Notes under the pieces: generated by a model
What the model was told of the DNA's origin: nothing
The model's input: only the letters and a program-made list of their open reading frames with translations
Databases searched by the model: none
Shown: one piece after another, positions 1-11,105 of the stretch
Layout of the letters: each line of letters begins with the position of its first letter
How positions within the stretch are numbered: position 1 is the stretch's first letter
Made by a program: the position numbers and the translations under genes
From: Arenicellales bacterium
Lineage (GTDB): Bacteria > Pseudomonadota > Gammaproteobacteria > Arenicellales > JAJDZL01
Length of the DNA stretch: 64,000 bases
Direction: 5' to 3'
Assembly: GCA_965200545.1 (NCBI GenBank)
Contig: CBDAUJ010000003.1
Location: 60,196 to 124,195, forward strand

Positions 1-1908
1 AGCAAGCAAGCGATGGAGTTCGCTCATCGTTACGTTTCGGAGGTCATCACTGGTGCAGTCGTTTCCAAAGCGTCGATGAAGCGTCGGCGTGTCGGCGGTG
101 TCACGATTGCCGAACGGGCGACTGGCCGCACCCGTGTGATCGAATGTGACCTGCTTGGCGTGTCTGGCGGCTGGACGCCTTCAGTACATCTATTCTCGCA
201 ATCTCGCGGGTCGCTGGCTTACAGTGACGAGATAGCGGCCTTTTGTCCAGATCAGCCGCAGCTGGAAACGCTCGCGGCGGGCGCAGTACGCGGCGTTTTC
301 TCGCTGCAAGATTCAATCTCCGATGGCAGGCGTGCCGGATTGAGAGCAATCCGCTCGCTGGGCTATATGCCATTGCAGACTGAGTTGCCTCAGGTTGCAG
401 AGTCGCTGCAGTGCGAGTTGCAAATCGAGCCGTTCTGGAGCATCGATTCAGGCGAGAAAAGATCCAAGGCATTTATCGATTTTGCCGGCGATGTGACGGT
501 ATTTGATTTGCGCTTGGCTCGCCGGGAAGGGTATGAGTCGATTGAGCACCTCAAGCGCTATACGACTGCGGGCATGGGTCTGGATCAGGGCAAAACCGCG
601 AACATGAGTGCGATCGGACTGGCTGCGGCTTTATCGGGACAGCATCCCGGCAGTGTCGGCACCACAACTTATCGGCCGCCGTATATGCCGGTTGAGTTCG
701 GCGTGATTGCCGGCAGTCGCACGGGTGATCATATTTTGCCTTATCGCCGCACGCCCATGACCTCATGGCATCTGGCGTACGGTGCAGTGATGTTCGAGGC
801 CGGCTTGCGCTGGCAACGGCCTGCATATTACCCGCAGCGCGGCGAAACCATGCGGCAGGCGATTGACCGTGAATGTCGAAGTGTACGCAATCAGGTTGGT
901 ATTTACGACGGCTCGCCGCTTGGAAAATTTGAATTGACTGGTCCCGATGCGGTCCGACTGCTCAATCTCGTCTATACCAATCGTTTTGACAATCTTGCAC
1001 TGGGTCAAGGCCGGTATGGCATTATGCTCAGCGAAGATGGATTGATATTCGATGATGGCGTAACGTTCAGACTTGACCAGAATCGATATCTGATGACCTG
1101 CTCAACCGGCGGTGCGCATCAGGTCGAGCAGAAACTCGAGCGGCTTATCCATGTGGATCAGCCCGACCTCGATGTGACGCTGGTGCCGTGCACGTCGCAG
1201 TGGGCGAACGCAACGGTATGCGGTCCGCTGGCTCGCGATTTGCTCCGTGCCTGCGAGAGCAGTTTCAATTTTGAACGTGAAGATTTTCCGTTTATGCATT
1301 TGCGAGAAGGCACCATCGCCGATATGCCGGCGCGCATCGCTCGGGTCAGTTTTACCGGCGAGCTGAGTTTTGAGGTGAATGTGCCCAGCCGCTACGGCAG
1401 ACAGCTTTGGGAATATCTGTTTGAGATTGGCCAGTTTGACAATATTTGCCCGGTCGGGTCTGAAGCGAGCCATGTGCTGCGGGTTGAAAAGGGTTTTCTG
1501 TCTCTGGGTCATGAGGTGGATGGCACAGTTGATCCCATTGATCTTGGCTTGGAGCGGCTGATGTCGAAGACCAAAGCTGACTTTATCGGCAAGCGCGCTG
1601 TCGAAATTCGACGCCGCAGCTCAATTCCCCGATATGAGCTTGTCGGATTGCTGCCTCAGGATCAGCACACAACGATACAAGAGGGGGCGCCGATCATGCC
1701 AAGCAGTCACGCAAAATCTTCGGAAGGATTTGTATCCGCCTGTGTCTGGAGCGGAGCTTGCGACCGCGTCATCGCCTTGGGATTGCTGCAAAACGGAAAA
1801 AACCGTCATGGTGAGGTGATCACTGTTCAGTCTGGCAAGAAATTTGTACCTGCTCAGGTCGGCAAGCCGGTCTTTTACGATCCGCAGGGCCACAAGCTGC
1901 GATCCTAG
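1..1908 (+). CDS. soxA: Sarcosine oxidase subunit alpha family protein (5' partial; GcvT-like C-terminal domain)
   Basis: Frame is open from base 1. Motifs EHLKRYTTAGMGLDQGKT, TTYRPPY, RVSFTGELSFE and LRVEKG; followed by a gamma-subunit-like ORF. Confidence 0.85.
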   Translation, partial: SKQAMEFAHRYVSEVITGAVVSKASMKRRRVGGVTIAERATGRTRVIECDLLGVSGGWTPSVHLFSQSRGSLAYSDEIAAFCPDQPQLETLAAGAVRGVFSLQDSISDGRRAGLRAIRSLGYMPLQTELPQVAESLQCELQIEPFWSIDSGEKRSKAFIDFAGDVTVFDLRLARREGYESIEHLKRYTTAGMGLDQGKTANMSAIGLAAALSGQHPGSVGTTTYRPPYMPVEFGVIAGSRTGDHILPYRRTPMTSWHLAYGAVMFEAGLRWQRPAYYPQRGETMRQAIDRECRSVRNQVGIYDGSPLGKFELTGPDAVRLLNLVYTNRFDNLALGQGRYGIMLSEDGLIFDDGVTFRLDQNRYLMTCSTGGAHQVEQKLERLIHVDQPDLDVTLVPCTSQWANATVCGPLARDLLRACESSFNFEREDFPFMHLREGTIADMPARIARVSFTGELSFEVNVPSRYGRQLWEYLFEIGQFDNICPVGSEASHVLRVEKGFLSLGHEVDGTVDPIDLGLERLMSKTKADFIGKRAVEIRRRSSIPRYELVGLLPQDQHTTIQEGAPIMPSSHAKSSEGFVSACVWSGACDRVIALGLLQNGKNRHGEVITVQSGKKFVPAQVGKPVFYDPQGHKLRS

Positions 1909-1910
1909 AA

Positions 1911-2408
1911 ATGGGCTATCGCGTCAAGATTCTTCCCTTGGAGCAAAGGGCTTGGTTCAGCATCCGCGGCCGCGGCGATGCGCTGCAGTCGGCTCTCGCT
2001 GCGTTGAATTTCTCACGCTCTGGCTGGACTCAGAAAATCAATGCGACAGATCATTTGAACCTTTACCCGATCGGACCCGAGCACTACGTTTTGGACAGCG
2101 AGCTGCGATATGAAGATGAGCTGGATGCACGACTCAAAAGCGACTTGACCGATTGCGGTGTCGTCTGCACCAACATTTCAGACCTGTATGCCGGGTTTGC
2201 CGTGTGCGGTGAAGATGCCGCTGTCGTCTTGAGCCAGGCGACACCGCTAAATTTAATGGATTTACCAATCAAGACTGTCGCGGCGACCGAAGTCTTTTCG
2301 CTGCCGGCAATCGTTACCGCCAAGTCGGGCAGCTCGTATTGCTTGTACATTGAGCGAAGTTATGCGGTGTATGCAAGACAGCGCTTGGAGTACTGCGCCT
2401 TGAGCTGA
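1911..2408 (+). CDS. soxG: Sarcosine oxidase subunit gamma-like protein
   Basis: 165 aa, 2 nt after the alpha subunit; motifs IGPEHY, NISD..AG..V.G..A..VL and ERSYA.Y. Confidence 0.7.
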   Translation: MGYRVKILPLEQRAWFSIRGRGDALQSALAALNFSRSGWTQKINATDHLNLYPIGPEHYVLDSELRYEDELDARLKSDLTDCGVVCTNISDLYAGFAVCGEDAAVVLSQATPLNLMDLPIKTVAATEVFSLPAIVTAKSGSSYCLYIERSYAVYARQRLEYCALS

Positions 2409-2481
2409 CTCCAAGGTCTCAATGAATCTGAATGCTCGTTGAATCTCCAATAAATAATTCAAAACCAGAGGAATAAATCAA

Positions 2482-3332
2482 ATGATCAAAGTCGTTTCTT
2501 GGAATATAGCGAAGCGCCAGAATCCTTGGCATGAGCTTCTGGAAATGAAACAGCGCGGCGAGGCGGATGTTGCGCTTTTGCAGGAAGCGGGCTCACTGCC
2601 CGGTGAGCTTGCTGACTTGATTGCATATCAGGATGAAGTATTTTGGAACCGTAGTCTGTATGATCGCTGTTGCTTGGTCTTGCCGCTTTCTGACCGAATT
2701 GCCGTTCAGCCATTGCGGCAGGTTCCCCCGCTGAGCGAAGTCGGGGAGGACGATATTGGTGTCAGTGGCATTGGAACGATCGCGGCTGCCAAAATATCGC
2801 TTCGTCAAGTGCCGGAAAGATGCTTTATTGCGGTGTCGATGTACGCGCGATGGATGAAACCGCATCCGCTTGCCCGCTCTGCATGGAGAGTTGGCATGCC
2901 CGATACGTCGGCGCATCGAATCATCTCTGACCTGTCAGCGTTCATCGGTCACCGGGATCCGACAAAGCACCGAATCTTGGCGGCCGGGGACCTCAACATG
3001 CTTTTGGAGTTGTGGGTGACAAGCTTTCGGTTCCAGAGCGTGAGCAGACTGTGTGGGATCGTATGTCTGCACTCGGCCTGGAGGTTCTTGGACCTCAATG
3101 GCCCAATGCCTGCAGGATGTCGAAAGATCAGCTGGATGTAGCGGCTGACAGTAAAAATGTACCGACATTTCATACGTCAGCACAAAACGCTGGGACGGCA
3201 AACCGCCAGCTGGATTATGTGTTTGCCTCACGAGGATTTCATGAAAAAGTAAGCGTGTTTGCGCTTAACAGCCCTGAGGCGTGGGGTTCAAGTGATCACT
3301 GCCGGATCAAAATTGACATTGACCTGGAATAG
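2482..3332 (+). pseudogene. Endonuclease/exonuclease/phosphatase (EEP) family protein with one frameshift
   Basis: SWNI, LLQE and AGDLN lie in ORF 2482-3141. PTF, QLDYVF and SDHC lie in ORF 3012-3332. The shift is near 3001-3010 (atg cttttgga). Confidence 0.8.
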
Positions 3333-3495
3333 AAAGAGAACACAAAACCATTAAGTCGCATCGCAGTTCAATCCAGCAGTCTTGCAGATCGAATTGACGA
3401 ACGGATGAAGACAAAGCGAGTCGACTACAGAATCAACACAAAAACAGGCGTGCTCTACAGTCTAGAAATTCCCAAAAATATAACGCAACTCCAAT

Positions 3496-4806
3496 TCAAA
3501 CAGTTTGCGGCGGTTCCACTGGCAATGAGCGCAGGTAGTCTGCTAGAGAAGGAATTGGAATTTTATACTGATCCGGCATTCCTTGCACCGGAGCCAGAAT
3601 TCCGGCGTGCAGCGCATTGCTCAGAAACTCTTCGACAGTCTCGTTTTTTCTTTCTCGCACGGCTTCTGTCAGCAAATCGATTTCATCGCATGACAGTGTG
3701 CCAGCCAATTCCCCTTTCTTGCTGCCTGCCGTCACCGCTAGCTGTTTATAGATCCAAGAACGGCTGGATCCGGCTTCTATCCGACTGCTGTAATAGGCAT
3801 TTTTCTGCTCCTCTCCCTTTGCAAGCGCCTGCTCGAGCAAAGACGGCATCAGCTGCCCCTGGTTGGCGCGTATCACCCGGCCTGCAGCCACTCCTATACG
3901 GTTCACATGCTGCGGCCATCCCTGTGACAGTTTCGCTAAAGCGTTTGCCCAATCAGATTTTTGCTCCTGGCTGCCAGTGTAATAGCTGTCCAGCAAGCGT
4001 CGAAAAGAGCTGACTGCTTCTGCCATGGAAAGCGGTTCCAGGTTCACAACCCGGTCGGCGGCAAATCTCGAAAGACCGCACTGACGCAATACGTCAAGCG
4101 TGTCACTTAGACCGAAAAAGACGGCTACAAGGGGAATTCCTTGGGAGTCCCGGTGCAGGCAATCAAGCAAATCCCGCGTCGTTCTGGTTACCGGAATGTT
4201 CTGTGCTTCGTCTACAAACACAACCAGATGGATCTGTTCGAGCAAAGGGGCAGCGCTTCGAAACACTCGCGCTGATGTCAAGGGCATGTCCGAGCGAGCG
4301 CTGCTTTGCGATTTGCCGCCTATTGATATTCCTGCCATGCCGCCACCCCGTTCAGACAGTTCTGCATACAGTTTTCTTCCTTTTTTGATTAGTTTTCTGA
4401 ATTTCAGCGCCACTCCATTTGAAGCCATCTCAGAAAGTCGCTCGCATTCCTTGTTAGCCGCATCAATCAACTCCATCATGGCATCGACAGGTGAATTCAA
4501 AGTTCCAGGATGAAGATTAACCGCCACCCAGGAATCATTTGGGGTTGAATGTCGCCTGACCGCTTCCATGCATTCCAGCATCAGCGCAGTTTTCCCAGAA
4601 CCTGGCGAACCTTGGAATATTAGTGTGCCGCCGCCCACAAGCCCTGAAAAAAGACTGTCTGCAGTTTCTCGAAAGATATCGTATTCGCTATCTCGCCCGA
4701 AAAAAAATGGCTCGCGGCCCACTTCGGAACGATCAGTTCTGCCCAGCCAGACTTTCTCTGACAAAGGCTTGGCTGGCAATGGCTTGGGAAACGGACGTTG
4801 ATTCAT
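3496..4806 (-). CDS. P-loop AAA/STAND-like ATPase with probable C-terminal winged helix
   Basis: FFGRDSE, Walker A GSPGSGKT, Walker B VFVDEAQ, SQGWPQH; paralogue at 43496-44739. Confidence 0.8.
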   Translation of the reverse strand: MNQRPFPKPLPAKPLSEKVWLGRTDRSEVGREPFFFGRDSEYDIFRETADSLFSGLVGGGTLIFQGSPGSGKTALMLECMEAVRRHSTPNDSWVAVNLHPGTLNSPVDAMMELIDAANKECERLSEMASNGVALKFRKLIKKGRKLYAELSERGGGMAGISIGGKSQSSARSDMPLTSARVFRSAAPLLEQIHLVVFVDEAQNIPVTRTTRDLLDCLHRDSQGIPLVAVFFGLSDTLDVLRQCGLSRFAADRVVNLEPLSMAEAVSSFRRLLDSYYTGSQEQKSDWANALAKLSQGWPQHVNRIGVAAGRVIRANQGQLMPSLLEQALAKGEEQKNAYYSSRIEAGSSRSWIYKQLAVTAGSKKGELAGTLSCDEIDLLTEAVRERKNETVEEFLSNALHAGILAPVQGMPDQYKIPIPSLADYLRSLPVEPPQTV

Positions 4807-4949
4807 GTCGATTTAAATTTCCAACGAAATTGCGCGGACCAGATGCTATTTCAATGCTGGGTAGAGGTCTAATTTGAAGGTTAGTCCATTTTACAGAAAC
4901 CAAAACCAGTACAACGACTGAATCTGATTTAATCATGGAGCAGACCAAA

Positions 4950-5514
4950 ATGAAGTATTCAGCAAGATTCATCTCATACCTTAAGCGACTGATGACACTC
5001 GCCGCCGCACGGGTGGCGGCAATGCTGGCACTCTCTGCCGGTGACGGCACAGGTGGATTGGAATATTCTGGGCAGAGACACAGGATTCAGTGCCTGCACA
5101 AAACTGAATGAAAACGGGGTGTCATTGTCGTATCAAACAGATACCCAAAAGATAACACATAACACGATGCGAGTTTCCATGCAGACGACGGGAGCAACTC
5201 CCCAGTCGTTTGCCGCTGGTCATTCCTTTTCCGTTTTATATTGCGGTGATTGCGGTGCATGAACCCAACGGCTGGCTCATCCAGCGATATAATGCCGGGA
5301 GGCAGTGCTTTTCGGCAGCAAAAGGATCTTCAGACACCACTTTCCGACACTTGAAACAGAATATGCGTTATGTCGCAGTTATGTATACGGTAGGCTCTGC
5401 AAACAATTCGCGCGCCATCTCAAAAGGATCAGTTTCCAGACGACTTTTGATCCGCCTCTTTTTCAATCATATCCTGAAATTTTCAAACTGAGACACAGCC
5501 CTCTGTTGCGGTAG
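4950..5514 (+). pseudogene. Possible decayed secreted protein
   Basis: GGAG then ATG at 4950. The signal-like MKYSARFISYLKRLMTLAAARVAAMLALS joins LPVTA|QVDWNILG only if 2 nt are restored in ctctctg near 5030-5037; further stops follow. The end coordinate is a guess. Confidence 0.3.
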
Positions 5515-5560
5515 CAATCGATCTCAGCCGTTTTCAAATCACTTTTTTCACAAGTCTACT

Positions 5561-8500
5561 ATGTCCGCTTCTTCGGGTTTGATTTCCAAAGCTGTCGATC
5601 GCCCGATTGCAGTTGTTGCATTTGTATTTATGGTGATCCTGTTCGGGATGGTTGCATTGCAGACCATTCCCATTCAACTCGCTCCCGATGTCAATCGCCC
5701 GGTCATCACGATCACTACGCACTGGCCGGGCGCTGCTCCGATTGAGGTTGAGCGTGAAATCATGAATGTTCAGGAACAGGAACTCTCAGGGCTGGAAAAC
5801 TTAAACACCATTACGGGCAATGCCCAGCAGGGAAGGGCTCGCATTACGCTTGAGTTCGATGTCGGCACCAACATGGATAAGGCAATGCTGCTGGTGTCGA
5901 ACCGCTTGGACCGTGTTTCGAATTATCCCGAAGAAGCCGATTCCCCCCAGCTGAGCACCTCTGGCAGCGAAGACAACGCCATTGCATGGTTTAGGGTTGT
6001 TCGTACGCCCGGCAACAGCCGCCCGATACATGAATACGGGACTTTTGTCGAAAACTTCATCAAGGAACGGATTGAGCGCGTCTCTGGAGTCGGTGAAGTG
6101 AATGTTTTCGGCGGCAGCGATCCAGAAATACAGATCGTGGTCGATCCAGTTGAGCTGGCACGATTTCAGCTGACCGCACAGGAAGTGATCAGTGCATTGC
6201 GCCGCGCCAACGTATCATCATCTGTGGGTGATGTGGATGAGGGCAAGCGCCGCTATGTGGTTCGTTCTGAGGGCGGACTCAATAGCCTGGAAAGCATCCG
6301 GCAAATTGTCGTGCGTTCAGATGCGAGTATTCAAAATGGCGGTACTGGCCGTATCAGGATTGAGGATATTGCGAGTGTTGAGCTTGGCTATAAACGGCCC
6401 GGCGCGATCATTCGAGCCTCGGCAGAGCCTGCGATTCCGTTCAATGTGACGCGAGAGGTCGGTGCCAACGTGATTGAAACCATGGCAGGTATCCGAGAAG
6501 TCGTTGATGATTTGAACGCGACCGTGATGCCTGGCAGCGGGCTGGATCTGGATCAGGTATATGATGAAACCGTGTACATCAATTCTGCGATTGAGCTGGT
6601 ACAGCAAAACATTTGGGTCGGAGGCGTTCTGGCAGCTCTCGTTATTTTGCTGTTTTTACGGTCGTTCGCAGCAACGCTTATCGTCTCCATAGCGATACCG
6701 GTCTCGATTGTCGGGGCATTTGTCGCCATGTCCTTTCTCGGCCGCTCGATCAATGTTATTTCTCTGGCAGGCCTGGCGTTCGCTGTTGGCATGGTTGTCG
6801 ATGCGGCTATTGTCATTTTGGAAAACATTTACCGCATGCGAGAATCGGCAAAGCCTGCTCGACAGGCCGCGGTCGAAGGTGCGCAGGAGGTCTGGGGTGC
6901 AGTTTTGGTTTCGGTATTGACGACAATTCTGGTGTTCGTGCCAGTACTGGTGTCGCAACTCGAAATAGGGCAATTGTTTCGCGATATTGCGGTGGCGATA
7001 TCCGTCGCGGTGGTCTTGTCCCTGATTGTCTCAATTACAGTCATACCGGCACTGTCAAAGCGATTTCTTGCCGGCGGCGATTCCAGCCGATACAGTATTG
7101 TGCGGCTTCGAATCCCAGTCATTGATCACATGGCTGATGCATTATTTCGGCTGATTATTTGGTTCACGCGCAAATTGATCGAGCGCAGATTTTTGGCGTT
7201 TGCCTGGGTTTCGATGATTACCGCCGGCGCGGTTGTATTCGCCGTTCGATTTCTGCCGAGCCTGGAATATTTGCCGGAAGGCAACAACAACTTGATTTTT
7301 GGATTGATTGTGCCGCCGCCCGGTTACAATCTGGAAACGATGACGGGCATTGCAAACGACATTGAGTCAGCGATCCGGCCGTACTGGGTCGGTGCGGACG
7401 ATGCATCTTCTTCAATCGACTTGGATGCCCCGAGAATTGATCGGTTTTTCTTTGTATCTACCCGGTCCAATATGTTTGTCGGCGCCATCGCGGAAGATCC
7501 GAGCCGGATTTCTGAGCTTCTTCCCATTATGCAAGGGCCCGTATTTCGGGAGCCGGGCACTTTTGGATTCATGAGTCAGCCCTCGATTTTCGGACGAGGG
7601 ATCGGTTCCGGCCGAAAAATTGATCTTGATGTGTCCGGCAATACGCTTGACGAAATCTTATTCGCTGCCGGACGGGCAGCTGGCAAGGTATTCGCCACTT
7701 TTCCGCGTTCTGAAGGACATCAGTTTCGGCCCAATCCAGGACTTGAGCTGGGTGTGCCTGAAGTGCGCATTATTCCCGACCGAGTGCGGCTCGCAGACAA
7801 TAATCTGACGGCTTCAGATCTGAGTATTGCACTGGATGTATTCAATGACGGCTTGCGAGTTGATGAAACCATACACAGAGGCGAAGCGACTGACATCACT
7901 CTTTTGGGTCCGCGTGATGCCAATAGAGAGACGCAGAATATCCAGAACATTCCAATTGTAACCCCGGACGGAGACATTATTCCAGTCAAGACGGTTGCGG
8001 CAATTGATATGACGGCTGGGCCGACTGCCATTCGTCACCGTGAGCGACTGAGAACCATAACGCTCGAAATTCGGCCTGCCCCGGGAGTGACCATAGAAGA
8101 AGCAGTCGACTTGATTTCAAGAGAGGTTGTCGAACCTCTGAAAGAAGAGGGATTGCCTGAGGGTGTGACATTCCGCATTTCGGGCACTGCTGATGCACTG
8201 CAGAAGACGTGGGACTCAATGGTCGTGCAGCTCCTTATCGCGCTCATCATCGTATATTTGGTCTTGGCTATTTTGTTTGAAAGTTTCATCTATCCGCTGA
8301 TTATTCTGCTGTCTGTGCCGGTCGCAGCGGCAGGGGGCATCGCCGGACTGGCGGTATTGAATCTGTATGTGCATCAGCCGCTGGACATGCTGACGATGCT
8401 CGGATTCGTGATTCTGATCGGCATCGTCGTGAACAACGCAATTCTGCTTGTGCACCAGTCAATCAACAATTTACGACGAGACAATGTCTCGCCTCGCGAT

Positions 8501-8782
8501 GCGATTCTGACGGCTACTCGCAATCGAATCAGGCCTATTTTTATGTCCACGCTGACCAGTGTATTCGGCATGCTGCCACTGGTACTGTTTCCAGGTGCAG
8601 GGTCGGAGCTCTATCGAGGCCTCGGCTCAGTTGTAGTCGGCGGCTTGTCCATGTCCGCTTTGCTGACACTGTTCATGGTACCGCCGCTGGCAGCGATTGT
8701 TGTAGTTTCAGTTGAAAATCGACGAAATCGTAAACGTAGAAGATCAATTGATATGAATCAAACCGTTGTTGACAAGTCTTGA
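5561..8782 (+). CDS. RND efflux permease (AcrB/AcrD/AcrF family)
   Basis: 1073 aa; GMVVDAAIVILENIYR, GIVVNNAILLV and RIRPIFMSTLT motifs. Confidence 0.95.
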   Translation: MSASSGLISKAVDRPIAVVAFVFMVILFGMVALQTIPIQLAPDVNRPVITITTHWPGAAPIEVEREIMNVQEQELSGLENLNTITGNAQQGRARITLEFDVGTNMDKAMLLVSNRLDRVSNYPEEADSPQLSTSGSEDNAIAWFRVVRTPGNSRPIHEYGTFVENFIKERIERVSGVGEVNVFGGSDPEIQIVVDPVELARFQLTAQEVISALRRANVSSSVGDVDEGKRRYVVRSEGGLNSLESIRQIVVRSDASIQNGGTGRIRIEDIASVELGYKRPGAIIRASAEPAIPFNVTREVGANVIETMAGIREVVDDLNATVMPGSGLDLDQVYDETVYINSAIELVQQNIWVGGVLAALVILLFLRSFAATLIVSIAIPVSIVGAFVAMSFLGRSINVISLAGLAFAVGMVVDAAIVILENIYRMRESAKPARQAAVEGAQEVWGAVLVSVLTTILVFVPVLVSQLEIGQLFRDIAVAISVAVVLSLIVSITVIPALSKRFLAGGDSSRYSIVRLRIPVIDHMADALFRLIIWFTRKLIERRFLAFAWVSMITAGAVVFAVRFLPSLEYLPEGNNNLIFGLIVPPPGYNLETMTGIANDIESAIRPYWVGADDASSSIDLDAPRIDRFFFVSTRSNMFVGAIAEDPSRISELLPIMQGPVFREPGTFGFMSQPSIFGRGIGSGRKIDLDVSGNTLDEILFAAGRAAGKVFATFPRSEGHQFRPNPGLELGVPEVRIIPDRVRLADNNLTASDLSIALDVFNDGLRVDETIHRGEATDITLLGPRDANRETQNIQNIPIVTPDGDIIPVKTVAAIDMTAGPTAIRHRERLRTITLEIRPAPGVTIEEAVDLISREVVEPLKEEGLPEGVTFRISGTADALQKTWDSMVVQLLIALIIVYLVLAILFESFIYPLIILLSVPVAAAGGIAGLAVLNLYVHQPLDMLTMLGFVILIGIVVNNAILLVHQSINNLRRDNVSPRDAILTATRNRIRPIFMSTLTSVFGMLPLVLFPGAGSELYRGLGSVVVGGLSMSALLTLFMVPPLAAIVVVSVENRRNRKRRRSIDMNQTVVDKS

Positions 8783-8788
8783 ATTGAA

Positions 8789-9397
8789 TTATCCGACGAT
8801 TTGATCCGCCCCTACTTGCGTGTCGTTGTACAGCGGTGATTCAAGACTTTGTGAATTCGGAGGAGTCTGTTCCGGTGTCGAGTCGCTCCACCACAAACCG
8901 AAACTATCTCTGTTTTGCCATGCAATCGTGGCAATTGTGACGAATGTGATCAAGAACAGAATTGTTGCCCAGATTAGTCTCCAGTTCAAAGAGGCCAATT
9001 CACGCATACTTATTGTGCTGCTGCCGCTGTGCGCAGAATCATTTGCGTCTTCAAAGACTGCAACGACACCGAGATCTGGATCCGCAGCAATCAACGCATC
9101 GGCATCCAGATTGACTAAGGACGCATAAGAACGAACATAGCCAGTGACATAGGCTTTGCCATTCAGGGAGTCGTATTCATGATTTTCCAGTGCTAAAATG
9201 ACCGTGTCCGACAAGAGCATCTTTTCTGCGATATCCTGAACACTCAGTCCGAGTTCTTCTCGTGCTTGCGCCAGCTGCTGGCCAGTGGTCTTGGGGGGAA
9301 TGACTTTCGGCTCAGAAAGCCCATTCTTTGATTTAGTGTTATTTAGCGGCTTGAGCCGATCAGCGGATTTGATGCGTTGCGTTACCGGCGTTTGCAA
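8789..9397 (-). CDS. rodZ: RodZ-like HTH membrane protein, short (no C-terminal periplasmic domain)
   Basis: GQQLAQAREELGLS..DIA, ALENHEY and YVTGYVRSYASLVNLD, then one TM helix; TTG start. Confidence 0.7.
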   Translation of the reverse strand: MQTPVTQRIKSADRLKPLNNTKSKNGLSEPKVIPPKTTGQQLAQAREELGLSVQDIAEKMLLSDTVILALENHEYDSLNGKAYVTGYVRSYASLVNLDADALIAADPDLGVVAVFEDANDSAHSGSSTISMRELASLNWRLIWATILFLITFVTIATIAWQNRDSFGLWWSDSTPEQTPPNSQSLESPLYNDTQVGADQIVG

Positions 9398-10158
9398 TTG
9401 GATATCTCCGTTTGTTCAAGTTATTGCTGCGGATCTCTTCGCTGTATCTTTTGATCGGCTCACACGGGGCAAGACGGTGCAAAAGTATAACAATTTCTGA
9501 GAAATTTCACCGAATCAAAGTGGGTTCTGATATGCAAATTAGACCCCAAAAAGCTGCAGCGGCCATAGAGAGTCTTATCGCTAAAAATTCACGTCTATCC
9601 GCTCAATTCTGCAAGTCTGTTCTGCGGTTTCGTCAAGGTGCCCGAACCACCTAAGTCTAAAATCTGGTTTTATATCTGAGATTCGGTGATTTATGGCGAA
9701 GATTACTTAGATCAATGCCGGCTTCCACAGTCAAATATTGGGGGGCGGACGATTCCCTTCTGAGACAGATAGTCGATGCTTCAGTCAAAGGAAGTGCCAG
9801 GGTGTCGGAAAGATTGTTTTGAAAGCTTCGAATGCGACTCACTTTAGAAATGACGAATCGCTTCAGACACCGTCTTTAAGCTGTTTTTGTCAATTTCGAT
9901 CGAACACCATTACGATGATGGGATAAGAACACATGCTTGTATCCTCTGCAAGGATTTTGTCTTGAATATGCCGCGATAATTTTGCTCGAAATGTTTTACG
10001 CAACATTGCCTGCAGAAAGCCAGCATGATTTTCTGCTCAATCGGATCCACACCATGCGCATCTCAAGTTGCTTGCAAACCATAAGTTTCACAGGCCGCGG
10101 ATCTTTTCCGCAATCCAAATCGCTCCGTGAGGTAATGTTATGCGACACCGAATTCAAG

Positions 10159-10626
10159 TTACCTGATTACATATGCTCCGGTGCCGACTGCAATCAGCAA
10201 GTCCTCGTTGTTGTGCAATTCCATTCGCGTAACAGCGACTTTATTTCCAGTTCGCAGTACGTAGGCGCTGGCGACGAAACTCTCGCCAAATCCAGGACGC
10301 AGATAATCAACTCTTATATCGATTGTTCCGAGCTTTGAGAATTGCTCAATTCTACCCGCGGTGGAATCGATGTTTCGATTCTGAACTACATCCACGAATG
10401 CGACGATTCCCCCGATCACATCCAGCATGCATGAAATTACACCTCCATGCAGGTTGCCGCGGACAAAATTGCCCACGAACTCATCTCTCATATCGAGGAC
10501 TAATTTCGGCTTCTGCAGTTCTAAGTCAATTACCTTCAGATTCAGAAATTCGTGAAACGGGACTGATTTCTCGAAAATTTCTTGCAAGTTTTTCCAGCTC
10601 GAATCTGTCGAATTATTTTCGGACAT
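10159..10626 (-). CDS. Hotdog-fold thioesterase (YigI/PaaI-like)
   Basis: FVGN...LHGGVIS..LDV.GG, GTIDIRVDYLRPG and GNKVAVTRMEL; ATG at 10626. Confidence 0.9.
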   Translation of the reverse strand: MSENNSTDSSWKNLQEIFEKSVPFHEFLNLKVIDLELQKPKLVLDMRDEFVGNFVRGNLHGGVISCMLDVIGGIVAFVDVVQNRNIDSTAGRIEQFSKLGTIDIRVDYLRPGFGESFVASAYVLRTGNKVAVTRMELHNNEDLLIAVGTGAYVIR

Positions 10627-11105
10627 ATATTTATAAAACAGAGTATTGAAAGATATTATTAAACAGTTATGATCACTATATGGCACATACGAAATATGAA
10701 ATATGCGTGCTTTTTCGAACCCAATGTGATGCTTTCTAATCCATCCGCCACTGTTGCACCAGGAATTGAAAAGCTTCTATATACGGGTTATTCGAGTTGG
10801 TATGTGCCCGATAAAAATACTTGTTTTTGTTATCAGCGATTGCGGCAGCGACAACGATCATGCCGCGGCTTTTATTTTTTCGCATCGACTATCGACTTGG
10901 CATTGCACTTTTCCAGGTTGGAGTTCGTCGCTAGCTCACCATAAAAACATTGTTTTTCAAGTGTCCCGAAAACAGCTTATCTCTGTAATAAGTGGCCGTT
11001 GCCGTACTTTCGCAATTATCTTCGTATTCGTGAATCCCGTGGCTAATGGAATCAATGCACAAATTAAATCTATATTATCTACGTCAAAGGTTGTCGCAGC
11101 TGTTG

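Noticed and set aside
5550..8779. 8-bp direct repeat ACAAGTCT at both ends of the RND permease gene
   Set aside because: There are no inverted repeats or transposase, and the second copy lies inside the CDS, so it is probably chance.
9398..10158. Possible pilW or rlmN remnant upstream of rodZ
   Set aside because: No TPR or radical-SAM motifs were found in the frames examined.
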